In this document: piece by piece, positions 1 to 8,181 of the stretch | Position numbering within the stretch: position 1 is the first letter of the stretch | How the letters are laid out: every line of letters begins with the position of its first letter | Source of the DNA: Candidatus Micrarchaeota archaeon | GTDB taxonomy: Archaea; Micrarchaeota; Micrarchaeia; Micrarchaeales; CABMGC01 | Reading direction: 5' to 3' | Assembly (NCBI GenBank): GCA_027319905.1 | Contig: DAHVMJ010000001.1 | Coordinates: forward strand, 11,518-75,517 | DNA: 64,000 nt | Translations under genes and position numbers: made by a program | Notes under the pieces: model-generated | Seen by the model: only the letters and a program-made list of their open reading frames with translations | Database searches by the model: none | What the model was told of the DNA's origin: nothing

Positions 1-245
1 TCGAGCTTGTCCTCTTCTAGGGAGCCTATCGTTGTGCTGGGCGCTATCCCGAAGTTCTTCTCCGCGAGCAGGGCAAGAGCGTTGGCCATGCTGTGGCTTA
101 TTCCCTTTATGTGACGCAGCGCAGCGACAATGTCGTACTTGCCGTTTATGTCCCTGCCGGCTATTCTGACTATGTTTATTGCTTCGCTGGCCTTGGGCTT
201 GCCCTCCTGGGCCTTTGGAACATTTTGCTTCGGCTCTTGTGCCAT
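1..245 (-). CDS. rps13: 30S ribosomal protein uS13 (S13P), N-terminal part; the gene runs off the left edge
   Basis: Own minus-strand translation from ATG (cat at 243-245): MAQEPKQNVPKAQEGKPKASEAINIVRIAGRDINGKYDIVAALRHIKGISHSMANALALLAEKNFGI... The IVRIAG.D..GK and IKGI blocks are typical of uS13. It is absent from the ORF track because it is truncated. Confidence 0.8.
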   Translation of the reverse strand, partial: MAQEPKQNVPKAQEGKPKASEAINIVRIAGRDINGKYDIVAALRHIKGISHSMANALALLAEKNFGIAPSTTIGSLEEDKL

Positions 246-396
246 TATACCACATCATCAGGATGGGAAAATCCCGATGACACAAATAGCATACATATTG
301 CCATGATTACGTATTTAAAGGTTTTTTGGAGACTGAAACTGGCGCCCTATCCATACCAAACCTCTTCAGGCGCCGAAGTTACATTCACATATCGAC

Positions 397-873
397 TCAG
401 AGAAGCAGCAAGGGATAAACGCCGCCGGTCAAGAAGATAAGCCCGATGAACGCAACCTTCACCGCATCTTCGCCCTTCTGCGAGGGGTCGTGAAGAACGT
501 CGATTATGTAGTATGCCAGCAGGGTTACAAAGGCTAGCGCAAAGTACACCAGCCCGAGTGTCCTTGAAAACTCCGCGGCTATGATGCCAAACGCGTTCAA
601 AACCATATTATTCCCAATGGTGTGGGTTACCCAAGCGTACCTGTCAAAGAGACGGGACTTTTCTCTATAGCTTACTTTTGTGTATGCGAGGCTTGAAACG
701 AACAGCAACGGGATCGCCAGAACGACCTGCCATATTATGAACGCACTGAACTTTTGAGTGCCCAACGAGAATATGAGAGTCAGGATTATGAACAGGCTCC
801 CAATCATGAAAGCGTTTATGGCCAAACGTAATGACGCCTTGTGAGGGTTAACCCAGACTTGTTCGTTTTTCAT
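397..873 (-). CDS. Integral membrane protein, function unknown (about 4 TM helices)
   Basis: ORF 397..1014 trimmed to the internal Met (MKNEQVW...), because the longer N-terminus overlaps the tRNA at 923-1020. Several hydrophobic helices are visible. Confidence 0.5.
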   Translation of the reverse strand: MKNEQVWVNPHKASLRLAINAFMIGSLFIILTLIFSLGTQKFSAFIIWQVVLAIPLLFVSSLAYTKVSYREKSRLFDRYAWVTHTIGNNMVLNAFGIIAAEFSRTLGLVYFALAFVTLLAYYIIDVLHDPSQKGEDAVKVAFIGLIFLTGGVYPLLLL

Positions 874-922
874 CACATCATATTCTGATATGCCATTTAA
901 AAGCTGATGGGCTGGATTGGAA

Positions 923-1020
923 CGCCAGGGTTGGGATTTGAACCCAAAAGGCTCCGAGGAGCCATGCGCTTTATGGCATGTTTTCCAGGCGCACGCGTTA
1001 CCGGGTTCCGCCACCCTGGC
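923..1020 (-). tRNA. tRNA-Ser(GGA) with a ~12-nt intron after position 37
   Basis: Hand fold of the minus strand. Acceptor GCCAGGG/CCCTGGC, discriminator G73. Anticodon stem TGCGC/GCGCA encloses 19 nt (CTGGAA[aacatgccataa]A). Long variable arm GGCTCC-tcg-GAGCC. T-arm TTGGG-TTCAAAT-CCCAA. Confidence 0.75.
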
Positions 1021-1057
1021 ACGCTATAAGTAACGTTGGCACAATTAAAAACCCGCG

Positions 1058-1729
1058 CTATTCCTGCATCGGACCCACATGAAGGCTGCGAGCTTCGAAG
1101 ATTACACGCGCGGCGTGCTCCGCGTCCTTTACAACCGCGGTGTTTGGCTCGTGCCTGCACGCAACGGCCTCTTCCCACCTGTTGACCAGGAGTAGCGCCC
1201 TGTTTCTGGCGATCTCATCCTTCATTGTTGCCGCAACGTACGGGCTATCGTCTATAAGGATGTCAAAGCCGCGTTCCAGCTTTCTGATGCCGTGCATGTC
1301 ATACGGCTCTGGGTTCACGACGACGACATTTGCAGTCTTGCCGTAGTGCCTATAAATCCACTTGTACAGGCCGTCCGAGCTGTTTCCACCGCGGGCGCTT
1401 ACGAAGCTGAACTCGACTTTCTCGTTCAACAGGGCGAACGTTTCCCGACCCAGAATGGGCTCGATCTCCTCGCCATCGCGCTGCCACAACTCGTTATAGA
1501 TGTCCATGAAGTGCTTGTCAGTCGCGCCTGTTGATGACCAATCGTATTTGTTCCCCACTAGCGAGAAATCGAAACCGTGCCTTTCCTTCATCAGATCCCT
1601 CACAACCTCTGAGGTCCGCGCCGCGGTGTCATCTACGTCCATGCCCACTTTCAGTTTCCTGCCGCCATTCGTCTTGCTGAGCTGCGAAAGAACAAGATCA
1701 AGTGCGTGGCTCCCCTCCACTTCAGTCAT
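1058..1729 (-). CDS. HAD-superfamily hydrolase (nucleotidase-like)
   Basis: The N-terminal 'GMDVDDT' matches HAD motif I (DxDxT). Size is 223 aa. Specific substrate is not assignable. Confidence 0.55.
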   Translation of the reverse strand: MTEVEGSHALDLVLSQLSKTNGGRKLKVGMDVDDTAARTSEVVRDLMKERHGFDFSLVGNKYDWSSTGATDKHFMDIYNELWQRDGEEIEPILGRETFALLNEKVEFSFVSARGGNSSDGLYKWIYRHYGKTANVVVVNPEPYDMHGIRKLERGFDILIDDSPYVAATMKDEIARNRALLLVNRWEEAVACRHEPNTAVVKDAEHAARVIFEARSLHVGPMQE

Positions 1730-1775
1730 ACATTTGCATTGGTTCGCAGATATATAAGCATTGGCGAAAAACTGG

Positions 1776-3248
1776 TTATTTGTCTGCTGTGCCCTTCGAC
1801 TTCTTTCCCTCGGGCTTCACGGAAGGAAAGAGTATTACCTCTTTTATAGACACGTTGTTCGTCAGCAGCATGACAAGCCTGTCTATCCCTATGCCTATGC
1901 CCGCAGCTGGCGGCATGCCGTACTCCATGGCCTCAACGAAATCCTCGTCCATGGGCGGCTGCTCCTCGTCTCCTTTCTTCTTCTCCGCTACCTGCTCATC
2001 GAACTTCTTCCTTTGCTCCGTGGGATCGTTGAGCTCGGAGTACACATTCATCAGCTCGAACTCTCCAGCGACGAACATCTCGAACCTCTCGCTCTTTCTC
2101 GGGTCTTTCCTGCTGTCCTTGACAAGGGCACACATGTAAGCAGGGTAGTCCATCACAAGCGTCGGCTCCCAGATGCTTGGTTTTACATACTTGTCGAGGA
2201 GCGCATCTGCTACGTGGTACCTGTTCATAACTGGCGTGTCGAGCTTCTCCTTCTTTGCTATGCGCGCAGCCTCGTCATCATCCTTTATTGCGGCAACGTC
2301 TATCCCGCTCTTCTTTTTTATCTCGTCTGCGAAAGAGAGCCTTTTGAACGGCGGGGTGAAGTCTATCCTCTTGCCCTGGAACTCTATCGTGTGCGTGCCG
2401 AAGATGTGCTTCACAAGGCCAGCAAGCATCTCCTCGAAAAGCTTTGCATAGGTGTTGTAATCGCCGTATGCCTCGTACGCCTCGAGCATTGTGAACTCGG
2501 GGTTGTGGAGCGTGTCCACGGACTCGTTCCTGAAGTCCTTCGATATTTCGTAGACTTTCTCGATGCCCCCTATTATCAGGCGCTTTAGGTAGAGCTCGTC
2601 GGATATCCTGAGGAAGAGGTCCTGGTCAAGGAAGTTGTGATGGGTCGTGAACGGCTTGGCATTCGCGCCTCCGTAAACCTGCTGCAGCGCGGGCGTCTCG
2701 ACCTCAAGGTAGCCGTGGTCGTCAAGGAACTTCCTGATGTAGCTGATCGTCTTGGCCCTTATAGTGAAAACCTTCCTCGTGTTCGGGTTCGTGGCGAGAT
2801 CTAGGTATCTCTTCCTGTATCGTATCTCAACGTCAGAGAGACCGTGGAATTTCTCTGGCATCTCACGGAGCGCTTTGGCGAGAAGGGTAAGTTCTTTCAG
2901 CTCGACGCTTATCTCCCCGCGCTCAGACTTTGTCACATTCCCTTCGACGCCTATTATGTCACCCCTGTCCACGGTGTCTAGGAGTTGCGCGACGCTCTTG
3001 CCCGCGCTATCGGCCTTTATCATTATCTGTATTTTGCCACTTGCATCGAGAAGGTCAAAGAAGGTCAGTTTGCCCATATGCCTTGTCCTGATCACACGTC
3101 CGGCTACAGACACGCGTTTGCCATTCAGCGTTTCGAATTTTTCAACTATCTCTGCAGCGTGGTGGGTCTGGCTGAACGCGTAGGGATAAGGATTTACATT
3201 CATCTTCCTTAGCTTACCTATCTTTTCCAGCTTGGTTTTATCGGTCAT
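1776..3248 (-). CDS. lysS: Lysyl-tRNA synthetase, class II
   Basis: 490 aa. N-terminal OB anticodon-binding region followed by a class II core with 'FRNESVDTLHNPEFTMLEAY' (motif 2) and a C-terminal 'GIGIGIDRLVMLL' (motif 3). Confidence 0.9.
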   Translation of the reverse strand: MTDKTKLEKIGKLRKMNVNPYPYAFSQTHHAAEIVEKFETLNGKRVSVAGRVIRTRHMGKLTFFDLLDASGKIQIMIKADSAGKSVAQLLDTVDRGDIIGVEGNVTKSERGEISVELKELTLLAKALREMPEKFHGLSDVEIRYRKRYLDLATNPNTRKVFTIRAKTISYIRKFLDDHGYLEVETPALQQVYGGANAKPFTTHHNFLDQDLFLRISDELYLKRLIIGGIEKVYEISKDFRNESVDTLHNPEFTMLEAYEAYGDYNTYAKLFEEMLAGLVKHIFGTHTIEFQGKRIDFTPPFKRLSFADEIKKKSGIDVAAIKDDDEAARIAKKEKLDTPVMNRYHVADALLDKYVKPSIWEPTLVMDYPAYMCALVKDSRKDPRKSERFEMFVAGEFELMNVYSELNDPTEQRKKFDEQVAEKKKGDEEQPPMDEDFVEAMEYGMPPAAGIGIGIDRLVMLLTNNVSIKEVILFPSVKPEGKKSKGTADK

Positions 3249-3283
3249 TTAGCTTCCCTAACAAATCAACGTTACCCATAATA

Positions 3284-3862
3284 TTATTTGCTGATTGCCC
3301 GCAGTATCTCCTCTGTCTTCCTAACCAGTCCGATTCGTGGAAAAATGTATTTTACAGTGTTTTCGTGCTCTTCCTTGCTCATCGCAGACATCGCGTCCTC
3401 CACGAAAATCTGGTTGTAGCCATGCTGGTACGCTTCTCTCGCCGTCGTCTCAACACCTATGTTGGTACTTATACCGCATAAAATTATTGTGCCCAAGCCT
3501 CTTCTCCTCAGCTGTAGGTCCAGGTCTGTACCGAAGAAAGCGCCCCACTGGTGCTTGGTCACCGAGTAGTCCCCGCTGCCGACCTTGAGCTCAGGAACAA
3601 AGTCAGCCCAATCATCACTCCTGCTTCCTCCCCAACCCTGCTGATCTGAGATCGGTCTGAGCATGTCCTTCCCATCTACGGATGAAACATGCACTGGCAC
3701 AACGAATGCGCCGGCCTTTCGGAGTGCATCTGCAAGACTTGAAGCGTTGCGTATCACCTCGGCCGCAGAGTAGGGTTCCAACTTTCTGTCCATGCCAGCT
3801 ATGCCTTTCTGCAAGTCTATCATCACCAGCGCTGTTTTCTTCACATCTATCTCCAATGTCAT
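3284..3862 (-). CDS. Isochorismatase-family cysteine hydrolase
   Basis: Shows 'KTALVMIDLQKGI', 'VVPVHV' and 'IILCGISTNIGVETTAREA', the typical isochorismatase/nicotinamidase fold signature including the catalytic Cys context. Confidence 0.75.
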   Translation of the reverse strand: MTLEIDVKKTALVMIDLQKGIAGMDRKLEPYSAAEVIRNASSLADALRKAGAFVVPVHVSSVDGKDMLRPISDQQGWGGSRSDDWADFVPELKVGSGDYSVTKHQWGAFFGTDLDLQLRRRGLGTIILCGISTNIGVETTAREAYQHGYNQIFVEDAMSAMSKEEHENTVKYIFPRIGLVRKTEEILRAISK

Positions 3863-3871
3863 CTCCTCACC

Positions 3872-3946
3872 TGGGCCCGGCGGGATTTGAACCCGCGACT
3901 GTCGGCTTAAAAGGCCGCTACTCTGGCCATGCTGAGTTACGGGCCC
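3872..3946 (-). tRNA. tRNA-Lys(UUU)
   Basis: Minus strand: GGGCCCG-TA-ACTC..GAGT-A-GCGGC-CTTTTAA-GCCGA-CAGTC-GCGGG-TTCAAAT-CCCGC-CGGGCCC-A. Clean cloverleaf, 75 nt. Confidence 0.9.
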
Positions 3947-3966
3947 TTATTGGATTTTGACATCTA

Positions 3967-3976
3967 CTTTATAAAA
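3967..3976 (+). promoter_or_regulatory. TATA box (ctttataaaa) for the aquaporin gene; short or absent leader
   Basis: AT-rich TATA-like element about 32 nt upstream of the ATG at 4008. Confidence 0.45.
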
Positions 3977-4007
3977 CTTTGATGCATAGGGGCTTGCGCG
4001 TGACTAT

Positions 4008-4694
4008 ATGGCAATCGGCAATTCGTTGGGTAGGAGGATGCTTGCGGAACTCGTGGGCACGTTTCTGTTCGTATTCGTGGGCGCGGGGTCTGCTGTGGCC
4101 GCGCAGTCGTTCGCTCCTGGAAATGCAGCACTGCTAATCGCCGCGCTGGCTAACGGAATCGGGCTCGCGATGGCAATCACGTATGCGCTCAACACCTCAG
4201 GAGGCCACCTAAATCCTGCAGTGACCATAGGGATATGGACTGCCAAGATGATAAGCAGCCTTGAGGCCATAGGGTATATAGTGGCGCAGGTGGTAGGAGC
4301 AACAGTAGCTGGATTGGCACTCGTATGGCTGCTTCCGGCCGCGCTTGGAGGCGCCGTGAACTACGGAGCCCCGGCTCTCGGCTCAGGCACTGGCGTGCTG
4401 CAGGGCATAGCTCTGGAAGCCATCATGACATTCTTCCTTGTCTCCATGGTCTTCGCCACCATTGTTGACAAGAGGTTCCCTAAGTTTGGAGGTCTGTTCG
4501 TGGGTCTCGCGGTTGCGGTCGACGTGCTCGTCGGAGGGCCGTTCACCGGGGCAGCGATGAACCCGGCAAGGGCCATAGGGCCGCAGCTTGCTTCAGGCTT
4601 TCTGGCAAACTGGTACGTATACTGGGTAGGCCCCATAATCGGCGGAATACTCGCCGCGCTGGTCTACAGCTACGTGTTCCTCAGGAAGAGGTAA
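4008..4694 (+). CDS. aqpM: Aquaporin / MIP-family channel
   Basis: Two NPA boxes ('HLNPAVT' and 'AMNPARA') and six hydrophobic helices; 228 aa. Confidence 0.9.
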   Translation: MAIGNSLGRRMLAELVGTFLFVFVGAGSAVAAQSFAPGNAALLIAALANGIGLAMAITYALNTSGGHLNPAVTIGIWTAKMISSLEAIGYIVAQVVGATVAGLALVWLLPAALGGAVNYGAPALGSGTGVLQGIALEAIMTFFLVSMVFATIVDKRFPKFGGLFVGLAVAVDVLVGGPFTGAAMNPARAIGPQLASGFLANWYVYWVGPIIGGILAALVYSYVFLRKR

Positions 4695-4756
4695 ATGGAA
4701 TCCGAGGGAAAGACGAGGCTTTTTATTAGTATACGGCTAGATAGATTGGTGATGCT

Positions 4757-4900
4757 ATGGTAGAAGCGTATTGCGTTAAGTGCAAGCAGAAGAGGGAGAT
4801 GAAGGACGCCAAGGAAGTAACCATGAAGAGCGGCAGGAAGGCCATGCAGGGCGCTTGCCCGGTCTGCGGCACGAAGATGTTCAGAATAGGAGGAAAGTAA
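4757..4900 (+). CDS. Small zinc-ribbon protein (DUF5679-like), 47 aa
   Basis: Own translation: MVEAYCVKCKQKREMKDAKEVTMKSGRKAMQGACPVCGTKMFRIGGK. Two CxxC pairs. GGTGAT Shine-Dalgarno 6 nt upstream. Below the ORF-track size cutoff. Confidence 0.6.
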   Translation: MVEAYCVKCKQKREMKDAKEVTMKSGRKAMQGACPVCGTKMFRIGGK

Positions 4901-4915
4901 TCTCGCAGCGGAAGT

Positions 4916-5677
4916 TCAGTGGTTAATACTACTGAATATCTTGTCGCGCTCGTCCTTTGACGCTGACAGCCAGGCGCTCGAGGCGCCTATGCCTATCTCG
5001 TAGCTGTCGCTCTCAATACCATTGAGCGTAGCATCGGCCACCTCCTTTGCTGAGAGGCTCCAGTCAGCCTTCTCTATAGGATTTCCTTTGAGCTCAGTGT
5101 CGTGTACTGTGGGTGGCACAATCTCGAACACCTTCACGCGTGTGTTCCTTAATTGGTGACGCAGGGAAATGCTGAACGAGTGCAGCGCCGCCTTAGTGGC
5201 GCTGTATACCGGAAACATGGAGAGAGGCACAAACCCCAGACCCGATGAGACGTTTATTATCGCTGCACTCTCCTTTTTCATGAGAAACGGCACGAAGAGC
5301 GCCGAAAGGTGCACCTGTGCCTTCAGGTTTATGTCTATCTCGTCCTCGTTATTGAGCAGATCCTCCATGCCTTTGGTGAAGTCTATGCGCCTCTGTATGC
5401 CGGCATTGTTGACAAGCAGGTTCGTCTCTGGGAACTCGGCGCTTATCCTGTCGTAAAGCATCTCGCGGTCGCCGCTATTTGCGATATTGCATCTTATTGC
5501 CTCTATGCCAGGCAGCTTCGCTTTCGCCTCGCTGAGCTTGTTCTCTCTTCTGCCGCAGATAACGACCTTGTTTCCAAGGGAGGTAAATTTCTCCGCAAGC
5601 GCGAAGCCTATCCCTGTTGCGCCGCCTGTTATCAATACCGTGTTATTGCTGATCCTCACCGTAGTCCACATCGGCAC
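4916..5677 (-). CDS. Short-chain dehydrogenase/reductase (SDR)
   Basis: 'ITGGATGIGFA' Rossmann motif, 'NNAG', and 'YSATKAAL' (YxxxK catalytic motif). Confidence 0.85.
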   Translation of the reverse strand: MPMWTTVRISNNTVLITGGATGIGFALAEKFTSLGNKVVICGRRENKLSEAKAKLPGIEAIRCNIANSGDREMLYDRISAEFPETNLLVNNAGIQRRIDFTKGMEDLLNNEDEIDINLKAQVHLSALFVPFLMKKESAAIINVSSGLGFVPLSMFPVYSATKAALHSFSISLRHQLRNTRVKVFEIVPPTVHDTELKGNPIEKADWSLSAKEVADATLNGIESDSYEIGIGASSAWLSASKDERDKIFSSINH

Positions 5678-5700
5678 CGTCTACACGAGAAGGTACGGGT

Positions 5701-5823
5701 TCAGCAGCAGTTGCATCCTTGCTTGGATCTCTTGCCGCCGCATCCAGCGCAGTCCTTGCAGTCGCACATGTTAGAGCGCGAACTTGCAGAGTGCGTCGTC
5801 CTTCTCTTAGCTCTCTTTGCCAT
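5701..5823 (-). CDS. Candidate 40-aa basic/Cys-rich small protein (unannotated)
   Basis: Own translation: MAKRAKRRTTHSASSRSNMCDCKDCAGCGGKRSKQGCNCC. There are 8 Cys in the last 22 aa. A TATA-like element sits about 25 nt upstream of the ATG (leaderless geometry), and the ORF lies 23 nt upstream of the SDR gene on the same strand. Confidence 0.3.
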   Translation of the reverse strand: MAKRAKRRTTHSASSRSNMCDCKDCAGCGGKRSKQGCNCC

Positions 5824-5840
5824 AGCTGTAGTACGTAGAG

Positions 5841-5852
5841 AAAATATTTATT
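5841..5852 (-). promoter_or_regulatory. TATA-like box (aataaatatttt on the minus strand) for the Cys-rich ORF / SDR unit
   Basis: Centred about 25 nt upstream of the ATG at 5823, the spacing expected for a leaderless archaeal transcript. Confidence 0.4.
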
Positions 5853-5974
5853 GACTTCGCATCTGTAGCAGATATCTCCTTCTCTTCGTGGGCACGGAGC
5901 CGGGAGCGAGCGCCAGGATGAGAAGCGTTACGCCTTTTGGTTCAGGGCGTGGGCGCAGGGAGTATATGTCATTT

Positions 5975-6472
5975 TCATCCTATCTGCTTTTCCCAGAAAA
6001 TCTCATCTTCTCTAAAAGCGTGTTTTTGGGCAACGCCTATTCTTCTAAAACCCATTCTGGTAAAGAAGTTAACCGCGTTTTTGTTGTGAGGATTCGTATC
6101 GCACCAAACTTTATGGCATCCACGTTTCTTAGCGTCTTGCATTACAAAATCTATCAGCGCCCTGCCCACACCCAGTTTCCTAAAACCCCCATCAACCAGA
6201 AGCCAATCTAGCCAATCAACATGTCCATGGCCCGGAAAATGCGTGCAGAATCCGATGACTCTGCTGGCCTCCGTCACAGCGATCACTATGCTGTTTTTGT
6301 GTTCTCTGAAGGTCTTACTTAGGTCCTTTGTACTCAGCTCGTAGATATTCCTGGCGGTATGCTCCTTGTTGTAGAACTTCATTGATTTGACTACAGGCGT
6401 TCCGAACTTGCTTACTGCAGTGAGGTCTCTTTTTGTTGCAAACCTTACAGAAAACTTGACAGACTTTTGCAC
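5975..6472 (-). CDS. GNAT-family N-acetyltransferase
   Basis: 'FRKLGVGRALIDFVMQDAKKRG' acetyl-CoA binding motif (Q/RxxGxG/A); 165 aa. Confidence 0.8.
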   Translation of the reverse strand: MQKSVKFSVRFATKRDLTAVSKFGTPVVKSMKFYNKEHTARNIYELSTKDLSKTFREHKNSIVIAVTEASRVIGFCTHFPGHGHVDWLDWLLVDGGFRKLGVGRALIDFVMQDAKKRGCHKVWCDTNPHNKNAVNFFTRMGFRRIGVAQKHAFREDEIFWEKQIG

Positions 6473-6496
6473 GCCACCACTTGAGTCGAGTTGTTA

Positions 6497-6571
6497 TGGC
6501 GCCCGAAGCAGGGATTGGACCTGCGACCTAGCGGTTAACAGCCGCTCGCTCTACCACTGAGCTATTCGGGC
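6497..6571 (-). tRNA. tRNA-Asn(GUU), CCA encoded
   Basis: Minus strand: GCCCGAA-TA-GCTC-AGTGGTA-GAGC-G-AGCGG-CTGTTAA-CCGCT-AGGTC-GCAGG-TCCAATC-CCTGC-TTCGGGC-G-CCA. Confidence 0.9.
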
Positions 6572-6607
6572 ACGATATGGATTTTCCTTAAGGAGTAATA
6601 AGCCTTG

Positions 6608-7309
6608 CTACTTGCTTGCTTTTTCTAGGAAAGGAAATGGTTCCGCAAGGTTGATTACCTTTGCGTACATGTACGAATGGCCTTCCATGCTGTCCACGAA
6701 ATCCAGCACGTTGTTCCTGTAATCGTATCTAGCGAAGTTGCCTCGTTTAGGCGAGCCGAGATAGGCGTAGAAGAACGCGATCTTGTCATTGGATAGGCCT
6801 TCAACAGCGTCAAAGGCGCCGAGCACCGTCTTCGCGCCTGTGCTGAAGCAGTATACGTGCGCCAGTTTCTCGTCGCGCGACGCGTTTCTTATCACAGCGC
6901 CGATCAGGTCTGTAGAAGCCTCAACTTTTATCAACTGCACGCTTTTCTCATCTACTACTGCCGCGGTTGCAAACCTGCTCAGGTCCGCACGCATCACGTT
7001 GATGTACTGCTTGTTCGGAAGGTCTGTGCTGGCGGTGAACATCGCTCTTTCTTCCGTTTCCCTGTAAGCTGGTTCGTAAAGAAGCACACTGCCGTTGTCC
7101 TTTGTGGTTATGTAATAGGCGATCTGCGTTTCTCCGACGCGCTCGCCAAGCGCCATAAGCTTCCCGTTTGAAAGAAGCAGGGTATCGGATGTGAAGTCGA
7201 ACCTGCACACGAGGCGGCAGATGTCCTCTATCGATGCCGCGCGGAGGTAGAATATCCTGCTCTCCTCTTTGTCCTTCTTACCTTTCTTTTCTTTCTTCCC
7301 CTGCTCCAT
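6608..7309 (-). CDS. Hypothetical protein with a Lys-rich N-terminus
   Basis: Long ORF (233 aa) that fills the intergenic space. No motif recognised. Confidence 0.5.
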   Translation of the reverse strand: MEQGKKEKKGKKDKEESRIFYLRAASIEDICRLVCRFDFTSDTLLLSNGKLMALGERVGETQIAYYITTKDNGSVLLYEPAYRETEERAMFTASTDLPNKQYINVMRADLSRFATAAVVDEKSVQLIKVEASTDLIGAVIRNASRDEKLAHVYCFSTGAKTVLGAFDAVEGLSNDKIAFFYAYLGSPKRGNFARYDYRNNVLDFVDSMEGHSYMYAKVINLAEPFPFLEKASK

Positions 7310-7317
7310 AGAATCAG

Positions 7318-8160
7318 TTACTTGAAGATCGCATTGTAAATGTCGCTAAGCAGCAGCATGACCGCGTAGGCGGGCTCGTAGATTATGGGGGAGAGAACTA
7401 CTCCCTGTCCCGTTGCCGTGAAGTCATTTATCAGGCTTGACCGCGCGATGAGCGTTATCGAGTAGGCCTTGTGTATCAACGGACTCGTGGTCGAGTTTAT
7501 TGTGAGGTTGAAGTGATAGATTCCCGGTTCGTCTACGAAGATTGGATACAGGTAGGTGTTGCTCGTGGAGTGTGTGGCTATGACCTCCGTTGGAGAGTTC
7601 CATGCTGGCAGCCCCGTCGCATTGACTAGGAACGGGTCGTCTGAGGCGCCTGTGTTGTTTATGACTATCTGGAGGTTAACGGGCTGCCCCAGGCCTGCCG
7701 ATATGTTTAGAGGAGCCACGGAAGTGGAGAGGACATCAGGAGTCACGTTAATGTATGCGGTGAATGTAAGGTTCCCGAGTTTGGAGTAGTTACCGACGTT
7801 TACTGCGCGCAGGACCATCTCATAGGTACCATTCTTTGCCGTAGGATCTACTGTGATTTTCATCTTCATCGGGTTCTCGTATAGCGGAGATGCCTGCGCC
7901 GACCACCCGCTTGGCAACTTTATCGCCTCGAGTTTGTCCCACCCGATATTCACTATTGTGCCTGACATGTTGGCTGTCTCAGCAGACGCCAGCACATAGA
8001 AACTTTCGCCTGGGCCAACCTTCCCCAGGTTGAGCGTTCCGTTGTTGTAGAGAAGCGCTGATACCGGACCTTCTACGGTAAGATACGTAGCGCTTACCCC
8101 GAGCGCCACCGCTGACAACGCTAGTATGAAAAGCAGCGTTCTGATACGGGCTGTCGCCAT
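7318..8160 (-). CDS. Secreted/surface protein rich in N-glycosylation sequons
   Basis: N-terminal signal-like 'MATARIRTLLFILALSAVALGVSA', many NxS/T sequons (NGT, NMS, NYS, NLT, NVT, NIS, NNT, NAT, NST), and a hydrophobic C-terminus. Confidence 0.6.
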   Translation of the reverse strand: MATARIRTLLFILALSAVALGVSATYLTVEGPVSALLYNNGTLNLGKVGPGESFYVLASAETANMSGTIVNIGWDKLEAIKLPSGWSAQASPLYENPMKMKITVDPTAKNGTYEMVLRAVNVGNYSKLGNLTFTAYINVTPDVLSTSVAPLNISAGLGQPVNLQIVINNTGASDDPFLVNATGLPAWNSPTEVIATHSTSNTYLYPIFVDEPGIYHFNLTINSTTSPLIHKAYSITLIARSSLINDFTATGQGVVLSPIIYEPAYAVMLLLSDIYNAIFK

Positions 8161-8181
8161 GTGTGAAGTTAGGAATTAAAG

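Noticed and set aside
246-396. Possible C/D-box sRNA (cgATGAC ... ATGATTA ... CTGA) in the rps13 upstream spacer
   Set aside because: The boxes are degenerate, there is no D' box, and the C'-to-D spacing (about 23 nt) is far from the ~12 nt expected. The UGAUGA next to the rps13 start is more simply part of the 5' leader.
93-440. 115-aa plus-strand ORF at the left edge
   Set aside because: It is antisense to the uS13 gene over its first half and runs into the end of the membrane-protein gene. It has no motif, and its composition looks like shadow-frame sequence.
897-1178. 93-aa ORF and the N-terminal 47 codons of ORF 397..1014
   Set aside because: Both overlap the tRNA-Ser(GGA) gene at 923-1020. 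The tRNA fold is far better supported.
1761-2588. 275-aa plus-strand ORF (and several others at 1140-3212)
   Set aside because: It is antisense to lysS and the HAD gene, whose products have clear family motifs. These are typical shadow ORFs.
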